Of a DNA stretch of 32,000 nucleotides, positions 9,484 through 18,214 are shown piece after piece (within the stretch, counting starts at the first letter, position 1; the number at the start of each line of letters is the position of its first letter). The notes beneath the pieces are model-generated. The model was given only the letters and a program-made list of their open reading frames with translations. It was not told the DNA's origin and did no database searches. A program made the position numbers and the translations under genes. This DNA is from an uncultured Lentisphaeria bacterium. GTDB taxonomy: Bacteria > Verrucomicrobiota > Lentisphaeria > JABSQK01 > JAJFLO01. Where the stretch lies: contig OX638337.1 in assembly GCA_951812855.1 (NCBI GenBank), forward strand, positions 1,740,001 through 1,772,000, in the 5' to 3' direction.

Positions 9484-9836
9484 ATGAAAAAAACACGGAA
9501 TAAATTCAAACCTCCTGCATTGCTGTTATTCACCTATTCAGTGATGGATTTACTGTTGGCTCAGGTTTATAATGTATTTTTCGATGTGTCCCCAGAACCA
9601 TTTTATAGAACTGAATCAAACGTTTACAGTTATGATTTAATTCCAAACTGTTTGAAGCATTTGGCAAAAAAGGATTATTAAAATCAAAACAGTATATGGA
9701 TAATTTATACGCCTTGTTGCAAATACATAATATTGACCTGACAATTGCCGTGTATCCCCGGCCTGATCATATTTATTATAATGATTTAGAATCGATTCAG
9801 GTAAAATTCTGGGAAAAATGGGTGGAGAAAAGGTGA
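9484..9836 (+). pseudogene. Possible remnant of an SGNH/GDSL-like hydrolase gene (N- and C-terminal pieces only)
   Basis: Frame 1 (9484-9681) gives MKKTRNKFKPPALLLF...FYRTESNVYSYDLIPNCLK, an N-terminal anchor plus the first conserved stretch. Frame 3 (9696-9836) gives MDNLYALLQIHNIDLTIAVYPRPDHIYYNDLESIQVKFWEKWVEKR, which resembles the C-terminal ...VYPWP.Q.......S.Q..FW block of that family. The catalytic middle is absent. Assignment is from memory and tentative. Confidence 0.35.
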
Positions 9837-9971
9837 TGAAAGATCAGTTCACATTGTGCTGCAGGAATCGAAAAGCTGGGTTTGTCGTAATATGTTAACA
9901 GACAATTTACGAAAAGCAGACATGGCTGTCGAAGCCGTATTAAAACGAGTCTTAAATATCAGAGATAATTA

Positions 9972-11357
9972 ATGAAGTATAAGAGTACCAGAGGCGGAAT
10001 AAAACCAATTGCATTCACAGATGCCGTAATGATGGGACTGGCGTCTGATGGCGGCCTCATTGTTCCGGAAATATTTCCGGATGTCAGCGATCGATTAGAT
10101 GATTTAGCCACTCTTTCATATCCTCAGTTGGCAATGGCGATAATTTCACTTTTTGTTGGTGATGATATTCCCGAAAACGATCTGAAATATATTATCGATT
10201 GCAGTTATTCTACGTTTGAACATGAGGACATTGTTCCCATCAAGTCTGTTGGGGATCTGCACATTATGGAGTTATTTCATGGACCAACTTTAGCATTTAA
10301 AGACGTTGCACTGCAATTTTTAGGAAATTTGTTTGAGTATAGCTTAAAAAAGAATAACACGAATCTTAATATTCTTGGTGCAACAAGTGGTGATACAGGA
10401 AGTGCAGCAATTTATGGGGTAAGAGGCAAGAAGAATATAAATATTTTTATTCTGCATCCACACCGGCGTGTCAGTAAAGTTCAGGAGCGTCAAATGACGA
10501 CAGTACTCGATGAAAATGTATTCAATATTGCAATTCAGGGAACCTTTGATGATGGGCAGCGAATCATTAAAGCCTTATTTAATGATCTTGAATTTAAAGG
10601 AAACTATAATTTAGGTGCAATAAATTCTGTAAACTGGGCACGAATTGCAGCTCAAATTGTGTATTATTTTTATGGTGCCCTTAAGTTACGCAGAACATCA
10701 TCGACCGGAATGGTGCAGTTATGTGTTCCCACCGGTAATTTCGGAAATATTTTTGCAGGCTACGCTGCCACCCGTATGGGAGTGCCAATTTCAAAATTAA
10801 TCTTAGCCACAAATGAAAATAATATTCTGGCACGATTCTTTAATACAGGAATTTACGAAAAAAGTAACGTCAAACAAACTCTCAGTCCGTCAATGGATAT
10901 CCAGATTGCCAGTAATTTCGAACGCTATTTATACTTCCTGGTTGATGAAAATGTCTGCAGGTTAAATGAACTCATGAACGATTTTGATAAAAATGGCAGA
11001 CTTGATATTGGAACTCTAATCCTTGAAAATAGTAACTGCGTTTTTACCGCTGAAAGCGGCAATGATGACGATACACTGACAATGATTAAAAAATACTATG
11101 AACAGTACAACTATTTACTTGACCCACATACCGCTGTCGGCGTTGGAATTGCTGAGAGATTTTTAGATGCCGGTGAACCGGCACTGTGCCTGGCAACGGC
11201 ACATCCGGCAAAGTTTGACGATGCCATTAAACAGGCAATCGGAAAAGATATCGCAACACATGATTCTATTAGAGCATTAACATATCTGCCGACCCGATGT
11301 GCCATTCTTTCTGCGGATACACAGACCATTCGCTCCTATATAATGGAAAAAATTTAG
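9972..11357 (+). CDS. thrC: Threonine synthase (long form)
   Basis: 461 aa starting MKYKSTRGG, with the PLP-lysine block HGPTLAFKDVALQF and ATSGDTGSAA. The start ATG overlaps an upstream TAA (TAATG). Confidence 0.95.
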   Translation: MKYKSTRGGIKPIAFTDAVMMGLASDGGLIVPEIFPDVSDRLDDLATLSYPQLAMAIISLFVGDDIPENDLKYIIDCSYSTFEHEDIVPIKSVGDLHIMELFHGPTLAFKDVALQFLGNLFEYSLKKNNTNLNILGATSGDTGSAAIYGVRGKKNINIFILHPHRRVSKVQERQMTTVLDENVFNIAIQGTFDDGQRIIKALFNDLEFKGNYNLGAINSVNWARIAAQIVYYFYGALKLRRTSSTGMVQLCVPTGNFGNIFAGYAATRMGVPISKLILATNENNILARFFNTGIYEKSNVKQTLSPSMDIQIASNFERYLYFLVDENVCRLNELMNDFDKNGRLDIGTLILENSNCVFTAESGNDDDTLTMIKKYYEQYNYLLDPHTAVGVGIAERFLDAGEPALCLATAHPAKFDDAIKQAIGKDIATHDSIRALTYLPTRCAILSADTQTIRSYIMEKI

Positions 11358-11362
11358 AAATA

Positions 11363-11382
11363 GTTCGATAAAATTATCGAAC
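11363..11382. terminator. Perfect 8-bp hairpin (gttcgata-aaat-tatcgaac) between convergent thrC and purO
   Basis: Inverted repeat read directly, 6 nt after the thrC stop. It is AT-rich with no clear U-tract, so terminator function is uncertain. Confidence 0.25.
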
Positions 11383-11461
11383 AAACCTGTCAAAGACATC
11401 ATTGCCGGCCTTTGTTTTTAAACGGCAAAATCGATGGGCAATGATAAATGAAACTTAGGAA

Positions 11462-12103
11462 TTAGTCGGCATTCAGTGTTGCTATTTCAAAATCCCCGGT
11501 ATCATTTTCTAATAACGCCGTTGCCGTTACCGGCTTTTCCAGGTTTGCAAAAACACCGCCATTAATGCTGTATCGGCAGGTTGAAATGGCTGAATCAGAA
11601 TCAAAAGAGTTGTCGTATTGAGCGGATCCCGGTGTAATATGTTCATAGGTAGCCACATAATAGGCGTCTCCATCTGTCAGATCAAATTCTTTAACATAAA
11701 TCGATTGCTTTGTAACGATACCGAGGAAGCCTTTACTTGAAATCTTATTAACAACTCCGGCAATCCGGGGAGTATCACGTGTGTCATGCTCGAAATCCAT
11801 TGAATTTAATACCGTGACCAGGGCATCCCGGACGGGGAATCCTTTTTCAATATTCAGTGTGATATAATCTGTGTGGATCCCATTACTGACAATTCCATAT
11901 TCATTGACGGTTTTAAGACAGTTATAGGCAATGAACGGATTCTTTTTAATATCGTCTTCAAATCCTTCCTTAGGTAATATTGCAACATTCGTGTCAATTA
12001 TTTTGGCTTCCCGGTTTGGGAATGATCGGGATGATACACGATACATTGCACCTGTTTTTCCACTTTTTGTTTTAGCAACGGCTACAATTCGTCCCACATA
12101 CAT
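11462..12103 (-). CDS. purO: IMP cyclohydrolase, archaeal PurO type
   Basis: 213 aa starting MYVGRIVAVAKTKSGKTGAMYRVSSRSFPNREA, with NPFIAYNC, VSNGIHTD and TPRIAG. It is collinear with archaeal PurO proteins (MYLGRI...YRVSSRSFPNR). Confidence 0.9.
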   Translation of the reverse strand: MYVGRIVAVAKTKSGKTGAMYRVSSRSFPNREAKIIDTNVAILPKEGFEDDIKKNPFIAYNCLKTVNEYGIVSNGIHTDYITLNIEKGFPVRDALVTVLNSMDFEHDTRDTPRIAGVVNKISSKGFLGIVTKQSIYVKEFDLTDGDAYYVATYEHITPGSAQYDNSFDSDSAISTCRYSINGGVFANLEKPVTATALLENDTGDFEIATLNAD

Positions 12104-12112
12104 GATGATTTC

Positions 12113-12568
12113 CTATTTTTTATTGGTTATGATTTTGTTGAGGTTTTCCCAGATTTCCTGATCTTGAATTGATCGAATATCCGGTATAAAACCAAATTGA
12201 TAATATAAGTTAATTGCCGGTAATCTGATACTCAGCGTTGTCAAATAAGCCTGATTATGATTAAATACTCTTAGTCGGTTGCAAATGCACGATAATAGTG
12301 ATTTAAATAATCCGATTCCCTGCATTTCAGGTGCAATAAGATAACATTGCCGCTGCTTCAGTAATTCAATATCAGAACCGAATATCTTTCTGAATAAATT
12401 AAGAGAAATATTATTAAAATCATCTGCTTGTTTATGAATGGATACCCAGTGTTCTTCATCACCTTCTTTATACCATTGAATTGTGTATCGGGCTGGTGGT
12501 TCATAATCCGGCAGATCATCCAGATCAGTTCTAATCATAGAAATGGGAATCAAATGATCATTTGTCAT
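12113..12568 (-). CDS. GNAT-family N-acetyltransferase, unusually short core (possible in-frame deletion)
   Basis: 151 aa with acetyl-CoA motif A MQGIGLFKSLL and C-terminal AINLYYQFGF. The segment between the N-terminal helices and motif A (CYLIAPEMQG) looks too short to hold the usual beta2-beta4 strands. Confidence 0.55.
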   Translation of the reverse strand: MTNDHLIPISMIRTDLDDLPDYEPPARYTIQWYKEGDEEHWVSIHKQADDFNNISLNLFRKIFGSDIELLKQRQCYLIAPEMQGIGLFKSLLSCICNRLRVFNHNQAYLTTLSIRLPAINLYYQFGFIPDIRSIQDQEIWENLNKIITNKK

Positions 12569-12571
12569 GTA

Positions 12572-14869
12572 TCAATATTCGCTTATACGATTTCCGTTCA
12601 TTAATATTTCTAACGACTTTGGGGCCACAGGTAACCAATTAGAGTAATCACACATGGACCGAGAAGTTATATATTTATGGTGTAACATATTCAAGTGTGA
12701 TATTAGCCTTGACCTTAATAAAATATCCTTCATCGGGTTTAAAGGTATCAAAATGATTAGTCGCACCGGCACCTGAAACGAAGCTTTCCTGTTTCCCAAT
12801 GATTTTTCGATTTGGTTTATAACGCTACTCCCAATAACATCAGTAATTGATTTTTCTTCATTGAGAATGTATCCCACATGACTCCAGCCTGACTCCAGCC
12901 TGACTCCAGTGGTATCTCAAAATTTGACACATTGCCAACTAAATTGCCTGAAATTTCAAAATTGGTCGCTACTGCATTCATTTTTAACCAATACCCCTGA
13001 CCCAGTGTCAGGCTTGACAGGGTGTTTAATGAATCGGGTAAATCCGGATTAAAATGTTGATTTTGCCAATAATTTGTTCCAGTTTTTTGTCGGAGCTATG
13101 AAGCTGGAAAATACAGTTCTCGGAGATGCATCTGCCGGTATGACATTTAGTGATATCTGATTCCAACCGGCAATGAGATTAAATGACTGTGTTCTTGCAA
13201 CAGTAACATTAATAGTTCGTAAATCTGTTAGACAAGCAGCACCATTATTTTCCGTTACGGTAACGTGTACGGTGTAAATGTTATTGTTATCAGTGTCAGC
13301 GGGATTTGTAAAATCCGGAGTTGTACTAAACGTCAACGCACCCGTATCGGGTTCCAGAGAGAACGCATCCTGATCTAATCCGCCGGTAATTGAATAAGTA
13401 ACTGAATCACCTTCTTGGTCGGTACTTGTAACTGTTGTCACTGTTGTCTGATTCTCAGAAACTGAGATACCGCCGATATCCCCGCCGTCATTGCTCTGTA
13501 CCTAAAATCAAGAAAATAATCGCCAGATGCATTTGCAGCAAGCAGGAATCCAGGAGATTCTAATGCTGCTTTGGAATTATATCCATGATGTCCACCCGTA
13601 CCGGTCATCCAGTTTTTAGCTCCCTCTATCGTCGCTCCATCACCAGAAAAATTACCTGTTGTTCCTGCTCCCCAGAGCCATTTTCCCACACTGAGTCCTG
13701 ACATAATAAACGAATAAAATCCACCGTCATCTGCATTGAAATCGTTTGAATACGGAATGGTGGGCTCGGCAAGTACTTTGATTGTAACCATCTTCGATAA
13801 GTTGGAGTCGCCGTTAATCGTGAGCTTTGCAACAAAGTCACCGGTCGTCGTATAGGTATGTACAGGATTTTTCTCAGTTGAATCCGGGGTGCCGTCATTA
13901 TTAAAATCGCATGACCAGGACGCAGCCATTACTGAAAAATCTTCAAATTGCAGCGGTCGGTTGGCAAACCAGACTTCATGAACATGAAAACTGGCAGTCA
14001 CAGCAGCTGTTCCGAGTGACCACCCCAGGTCCTCTATCAAACCAAGGGTTATACAGCTCCGGGGGAATGAACAGACTCTGTCATTGCCAGTGTCGGAGCC
14101 ATTAGGGAATTGGCTCGATTATTTCCGAATGTCACACCTTGATGTGGATCCCAATGGAATAGGTTGAACCTTGTTTGAATGGATTTGGAGCATATAATTG
14201 GGGTTTTGTCCCATTAAAACCTGCAGTGGCTTTTCTGCCATTGCAAAAGAGTCTGTTACTTTCAAGTGCATTTTTTAATTCAACAGAATCTATGGCGATA
14301 TTTGTAATTGCAGTTATAGTGCCAGGACGATCAATAAGTTCAGTGAATGTATCATAAATAAGTGGTACCTCACGTCGAGTTCCTTTGTCTCTTGCTTCAT
14401 TAAGTTCACCTGGACCGGAAAATCCCAACCCATGACACAGCTCATGAAGCACGACGGAAACAAAATCGTATTGACCTGCCGGCGTTATGCCATCTATACC
14501 GAAATACCAGGAAAAACGACTATTTATGGTTGCTTCAATATCCGCCAAACCTGGACGCAGATCATAACCCGAAATTTTATTTGCCAGGGCAATGGGGTAT
14601 GAAACACCAGCTGCAGCTCCCGGGAACCCCTGCACTGACGTTGTTGCAAAAGCAAATGCTAACGTACTGGTATTAGGCTGCCGCTCGTCGTCTGTCAATG
14701 TTTCACAAAACCCTGTGGTGGTGGAACGCGTGTGAATACATTTTTATAAACCTGCCTTTAATCCTTTTTGATGGTTATGATTTTCCTCTGCATTGCCTGT
14801 AATAATAATCATTGCAAGACCAGGAAAAAGAACCGGATAAATCCATTTGAAAAGCAATGTTGTTTTCAT
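12572..14869 (-). pseudogene. Large secreted/surface protein (HExxH metallopeptidase-like + PKD + cadherin-like + C-terminal beta repeats), heavily disrupted
   Basis: ATG at 14869 opens a signal-like MKTTLLFKWIYPVLFPGLAMIIITG, followed by an in-frame TAA at 14744-14746. Domain blocks: VLHELCHGLGF (HExxH at 14432-14446); PKD-like WSCDFNNDGTPDSTEKNPVHTYTTTGDFVAKLTING; cadherin-like DQEGDSVTYSITGGLDQDAFSLEPDTGALTFSTTPDFTNPADTDNNNIYTV; and C-terminal GWNQISL / GQGYWLKMN / ESGWS / DEGYFIKVKA repeats. Continuity needs frame changes near 14150-14165, 14061-14075 (G5 run), 13495-13505, 13049-13100, the 11-bp duplication at 12879-12909 and 12785-12800. There is also a TAA at 12675-12677. ORF-track pieces 14132-14698, 13438-14040, 13049-13441 and 12572-12877 all belong to it. 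Confidence 0.8.
12879..12909. repeat. 11-bp tandem repeat tgactccagcc x2.8 inside the surface-protein pseudogene
   Basis: Read directly: unit at 12879-12889 and 12890-12900, partial unit at 12901-12909. Removing one unit joins ...EIPLESGWS to HVGYILNEEKSITDV... in a single frame. Confidence 0.9.
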
Positions 14870-14914
14870 TCTTTATCCTCCATTATTAAATATTAATTTT
14901 TGGTTCAAAACAAC

Positions 14915-15230
14915 TTAAATTGTATAATTATTAACATAACCTGTTGTTTTGAAATGAGTAATAAGTATATAATTAACTCCCGAATTTCGAATAATAAATT
15001 CAGGCAAATTGTTAAGTACTCTTTGTTGGACATTGAAGCTGATAAAATTGCTGAAATTACAAATATAAGTCATTAATTCCCAGGAAGCATAGCAACGGGA
15101 ATAAATCTGGGATTTTGAATTATGTTCCTTCAACCTTCTTTCCATATCAACAGTGTATCCCACATAAATTTTTTCTGGAGAATTGATACTGCGAAAAATA
15201 TATACATGAAAATTTTGAATATGTTTATTT
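14915..15230 (-). CDS. GIY-YIG nuclease-domain protein, possibly degraded (no in-frame ATG before the GIY motif)
   Basis: In-frame translation FHVYIFRSINSPEKIYVGYTVDMERRLKEHNSKSQIYSR...SWELM carries the GIY (VYIF) and YIG (YVGYT) elements and RL.EHN. The nearest ATG (MYIFF...) is one base out of frame. The C-terminal half does not resemble the family. The ORF track only calls 14915-15163 from a GTG. Confidence 0.55.
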
Positions 15231-15323
15231 CCCGTGTAAAATTGTAATCCGGGCTTTGGATTCAGTTTGAACCGGCGAAGCCAAACGTAGTCAGGAAGAC
15301 TCTTTGGGTCTGAAGACGAAGTC

Positions 15324-15415
<92 letters not shown>

Positions 15416-15450
15416 GGTGAGTGTTTAATCTTTGTTGAAAAACGGGTTTA

Positions 15451-15478
15451 ATTATAAATCCCTAACATCATCTTGCAA
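15451..15478 (-). promoter_or_regulatory. Sigma70-like promoter candidate for tRNA-Ser (TTGCAA-16 nt-TATAAT)
   Basis: On the minus strand, TTGCAA (15478-15473), a 16-nt spacer and TATAAT (15456-15451) sit ~35 nt upstream of the mature tRNA 5' end. Confidence 0.35.
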
Positions 15479-15738
15479 GTTAATGTGATTCGAAAATGAT
15501 GTATCAACAGCGATCCTCATAATTATTATTTTCCTAAAACCCAATATCCTATTTCAAGACTGAATGATGAACTTTGCATTGTTGTTACATCGCCACACGG
15601 TGGTGAGGCTGTTGCCCAAATAGAAATTCATTGTTGTTCGGTAATTATTGCCTAAAATAGAAGTAGACTGCAAATTTCAATAAGGAGATTAAGGTGTTGT
15701 CAGACGGGGCTTGCCTACTGTATGTGATTTTTTATTAC

Positions 15739-15996
15739 TTATCGATAAACATCTTTTCGATGGCTGACTTTCAAGATGATAACGGTTAAAATATCATCTT
15801 TGATCTGTGTAACCGGACGGTAATTTCCTAATCGACAGTGCCATAACCCTTTCAGCGTTCCTCTTAACTCTTTTCCCTGACTTCGGGGATCAATAAATTG
15901 TAAGGATTTTAGAAATTCTCTAATCCGAATTTGAGTAGGCTGATTCAGCTTAAGAATCTGTTTAACAACTTTTTTCTTGATTTCTATTTTATACAT
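15739..15996 (-). CDS. Type II toxin, RelE/ParE (StbE) family
   Basis: 85 aa: MYKIEIKKKVVKQILKL...LRGTLKGLWHCRLGNYRPVTQIKDDILTVIILKVSHRKDVYR. This is the typical RelE pattern (L.G.L.G.W..R.G.YR......D....V.....HRK.VY). It overlaps the upstream antitoxin gene by 8 nt. Confidence 0.85.
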   Translation of the reverse strand: MYKIEIKKKVVKQILKLNQPTQIRIREFLKSLQFIDPRSQGKELRGTLKGLWHCRLGNYRPVTQIKDDILTVIILKVSHRKDVYR

Positions 15997-16231
15997 GTTT
16001 CAGGAACTCGTCCAGGCTCACTGTTTGATCTTCCTGTTTGTCCAGTTCTTCAAGAGCATCGACAGCATCCAAATAATCTTCAATCTCTTCGAGATATTCT
16101 GCTATTGCTGTCCTCATGATGTCGGATTGCTTGCGTTTAGCTCGCTTTGCGATTGATTTCAAATGACATTCAAGCTCTTCATCCATTCTTAGTGTAATCA
16201 ATGTAATTTCTCCTTTTATATACAAATGCAA
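15989..16231 (-). CDS. Type II antitoxin, ribbon-helix-helix (CopG/RelB-like)
   Basis: ITLRMDEELECHLKSIAKRAKRKQSDIMRTAIAEYLEEIEDY is an RHH fold pattern with an acidic C-terminal tail. The likely true start is the TTG at 16201, 8 nt after an AAAGGAG Shine-Dalgarno, giving ~70 aa rather than the 80 aa of the track. Confidence 0.8.
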   Translation of the reverse strand: MHLYIKGEITLITLRMDEELECHLKSIAKRAKRKQSDIMRTAIAEYLEEIEDYLDAVDALEELDKQEDQTVSLDEFLKHV

Positions 16232-16630
16232 TACAAGAGCAGGAAATGGTCAATCTCGTGCGTTTAAATCGGGATCAACCGGGATACTCTATTAGATCCC
16301 ATCCTTCGGCAAGAGATAAATCAAATGTCTGTATTCAGTTGATTAACGGCCATGTTGAATTTATAGAATTAGTCCGGTTGGCTGACAGATGATGAAATTG
16401 TAATGCAGAAAAATTTGAGTCTTGCTGATTTGACTGATTATAAATCGTACAATTTCTTGCATTGAGACAGTATTGATCATTCTAAAATAAAGACAGTTCA
16501 CCTGTAAAAATCCGTCGCTATTCTCAAAAATAAGATTTGTTGTGGATAACCTATAATCTTTGACTTGCTGATTAGAGCATTACCGTTTAAACCTGGCACA
16601 TTTGGCAGTAACTCATATTGGGATTGGTTA

Positions 16631-18214
16631 TCAATGTTTTGCAAATAATCGACGAGACAAATTTGAAACCATTTCAAGTGGTTCTTTACTTTTTAATAAC
16701 AATGACATGAAGAAATAGGTGCATGAACCTGCGATTGCCGGTATAAAAAAATTCCTCATCTTTCCCATAATTTGGTCATTGGGATTTATGATTACATTTT
16801 TCATTGTTATCCAAATAACAAAACAAGAACCCAGTGTACAAAATAAAATTTTAACAATTGATAACCCCATCTCCCTATATGGTATTTTATAAGACCTAAA
16901 ACGTCTTGATAACAATACAGCCAGTAAAATGACATTTATAAAGGCAGAAATTGTTGTTGCTAATGCAAGACCCGCGTGCTTCATGGGAATTATCAGGAGT
17001 ACATTCAGCACTAAATTTAGACAAAGACAAAGACATCCAATCTTAACAGGTGTGATTGTATTTTTTTGGCAGTAGAATCCATTGCGTAATATTTTTACTG
17101 CTGCAAATGCGGGGATTCCAGGTGCATAAAAGACCAAAGCTGCCAAGGTATTTTTGCAGCTTTCTGAATCGAAACTCCCTCTTTGAAACAGTAACGCAAT
17201 CAGCGGTTCAGACAGTAAGATAAAAATGCATACACATGGAATCGTCAGATACATTATATGACGAACGGAATATGTTAATATGTCTATTAACCGTTCAAAG
17301 TTTTTTTCTGACACAGCTTTTGAAAAAACAGGCAAACTTGATGTCGCTAATGCAACACCAAAAACTCCAATCGGGAGATACACTATTCGTTCACTGTAAT
17401 ACAGTGACGTTACGGCATATCCCCCTAAGTAACCGGCAAAGAGTCTGTCAAATAAAACATTGATCTGATTGATTGATGCTCCAAAAATACCGGGAACAAC
17501 CAGCCGGATCAAATCACTAATGTCCTTTGACCTGAACCCCGGAAGAAATGTAAATTTAAACCCAAGTTTAGCCAGCATCGAATAGGTAATGGTTAACTGT
17601 AAAAAGCCTGCGGCTGTCACTGCAGCAGCCAATCCCGGCAATTGATCGTGTTCATCTAAACCCAATTTTGGGCAGACAAAAAGAATGGTCACGATAAACG
17701 CAACATTTAGAATTATTGGATTTAATGATGGTACCGTGAAATGGTTTAAGCTATGAAGAATACCGGCAATCAGACCGGTTAAACAAATGAAAAATGTGTA
17801 AGGAAGAAGAAACGGAATGACAAAAAACGTTAACTGTACAAACGGATCTGGAAAAAGGGGGCGTACTAACACACACAGACCAATGCCAATACCAACGATC
17901 GACAGAAGAATCAATCCGACAATTGTGATGACATTCGAGGCAAGTTTGTAAGCCTCAACTTTTCCATCTTTTGCCAGTTTACCTGAAAATGTGGGCACAA
18001 ATGCATCAGACAATGCCCCTTCCCCTAAAATCCGGCGAAATAGATTTGGAATTGTAAAGGCAATAAAAAATGCACCCAGCCCATTTCCTGTTCCCCAAAA
18101 CTTAGCAAATAAAATGTCTCTGACCAAGCCGCTTAAACGACTTAAAAATATTCCCGAACTCCCGATAAACATGCCGGATGTCAAGCTCTCTAATGATGAT
18201 CGTTTTTTATCCAA
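16631..18214 (-). CDS. murJ: Lipid II flippase MurJ (MviN family)
   Basis: 527 aa polytopic protein with the N-terminal signature SSGIFLSRLSGLVRDILFAKFWGTGNGLGAFFIAFTIPNLFRRILGEGALSDAFVPTFS. The start may instead be the ATG at 18172. Confidence 0.9.
   Translation of the reverse strand: MDKKRSSLESLTSGMFIGSSGIFLSRLSGLVRDILFAKFWGTGNGLGAFFIAFTIPNLFRRILGEGALSDAFVPTFSGKLAKDGKVEAYKLASNVITIVGLILLSIVGIGIGLCVLVRPLFPDPFVQLTFFVIPFLLPYTFFICLTGLIAGILHSLNHFTVPSLNPIILNVAFIVTILFVCPKLGLDEHDQLPGLAAAVTAAGFLQLTITYSMLAKLGFKFTFLPGFRSKDISDLIRLVVPGIFGASINQINVLFDRLFAGYLGGYAVTSLYYSERIVYLPIGVFGVALATSSLPVFSKAVSEKNFERLIDILTYSVRHIMYLTIPCVCIFILLSEPLIALLFQRGSFDSESCKNTLAALVFYAPGIPAFAAVKILRNGFYCQKNTITPVKIGCLCLCLNLVLNVLLIIPMKHAGLALATTISAFINVILLAVLLSRRFRSYKIPYREMGLSIVKILFCTLGSCFVIWITMKNVIINPNDQIMGKMRNFFIPAIAGSCTYFFMSLLLKSKEPLEMVSNLSRRLFAKH

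Noticed and set aside
12879-12909. Short direct repeats as a possible CRISPR or minisatellite array
   Set aside because: There are only 2.8 contiguous copies of an 11-bp unit with no spacers. They lie inside a coding sequence and are explained by slippage.
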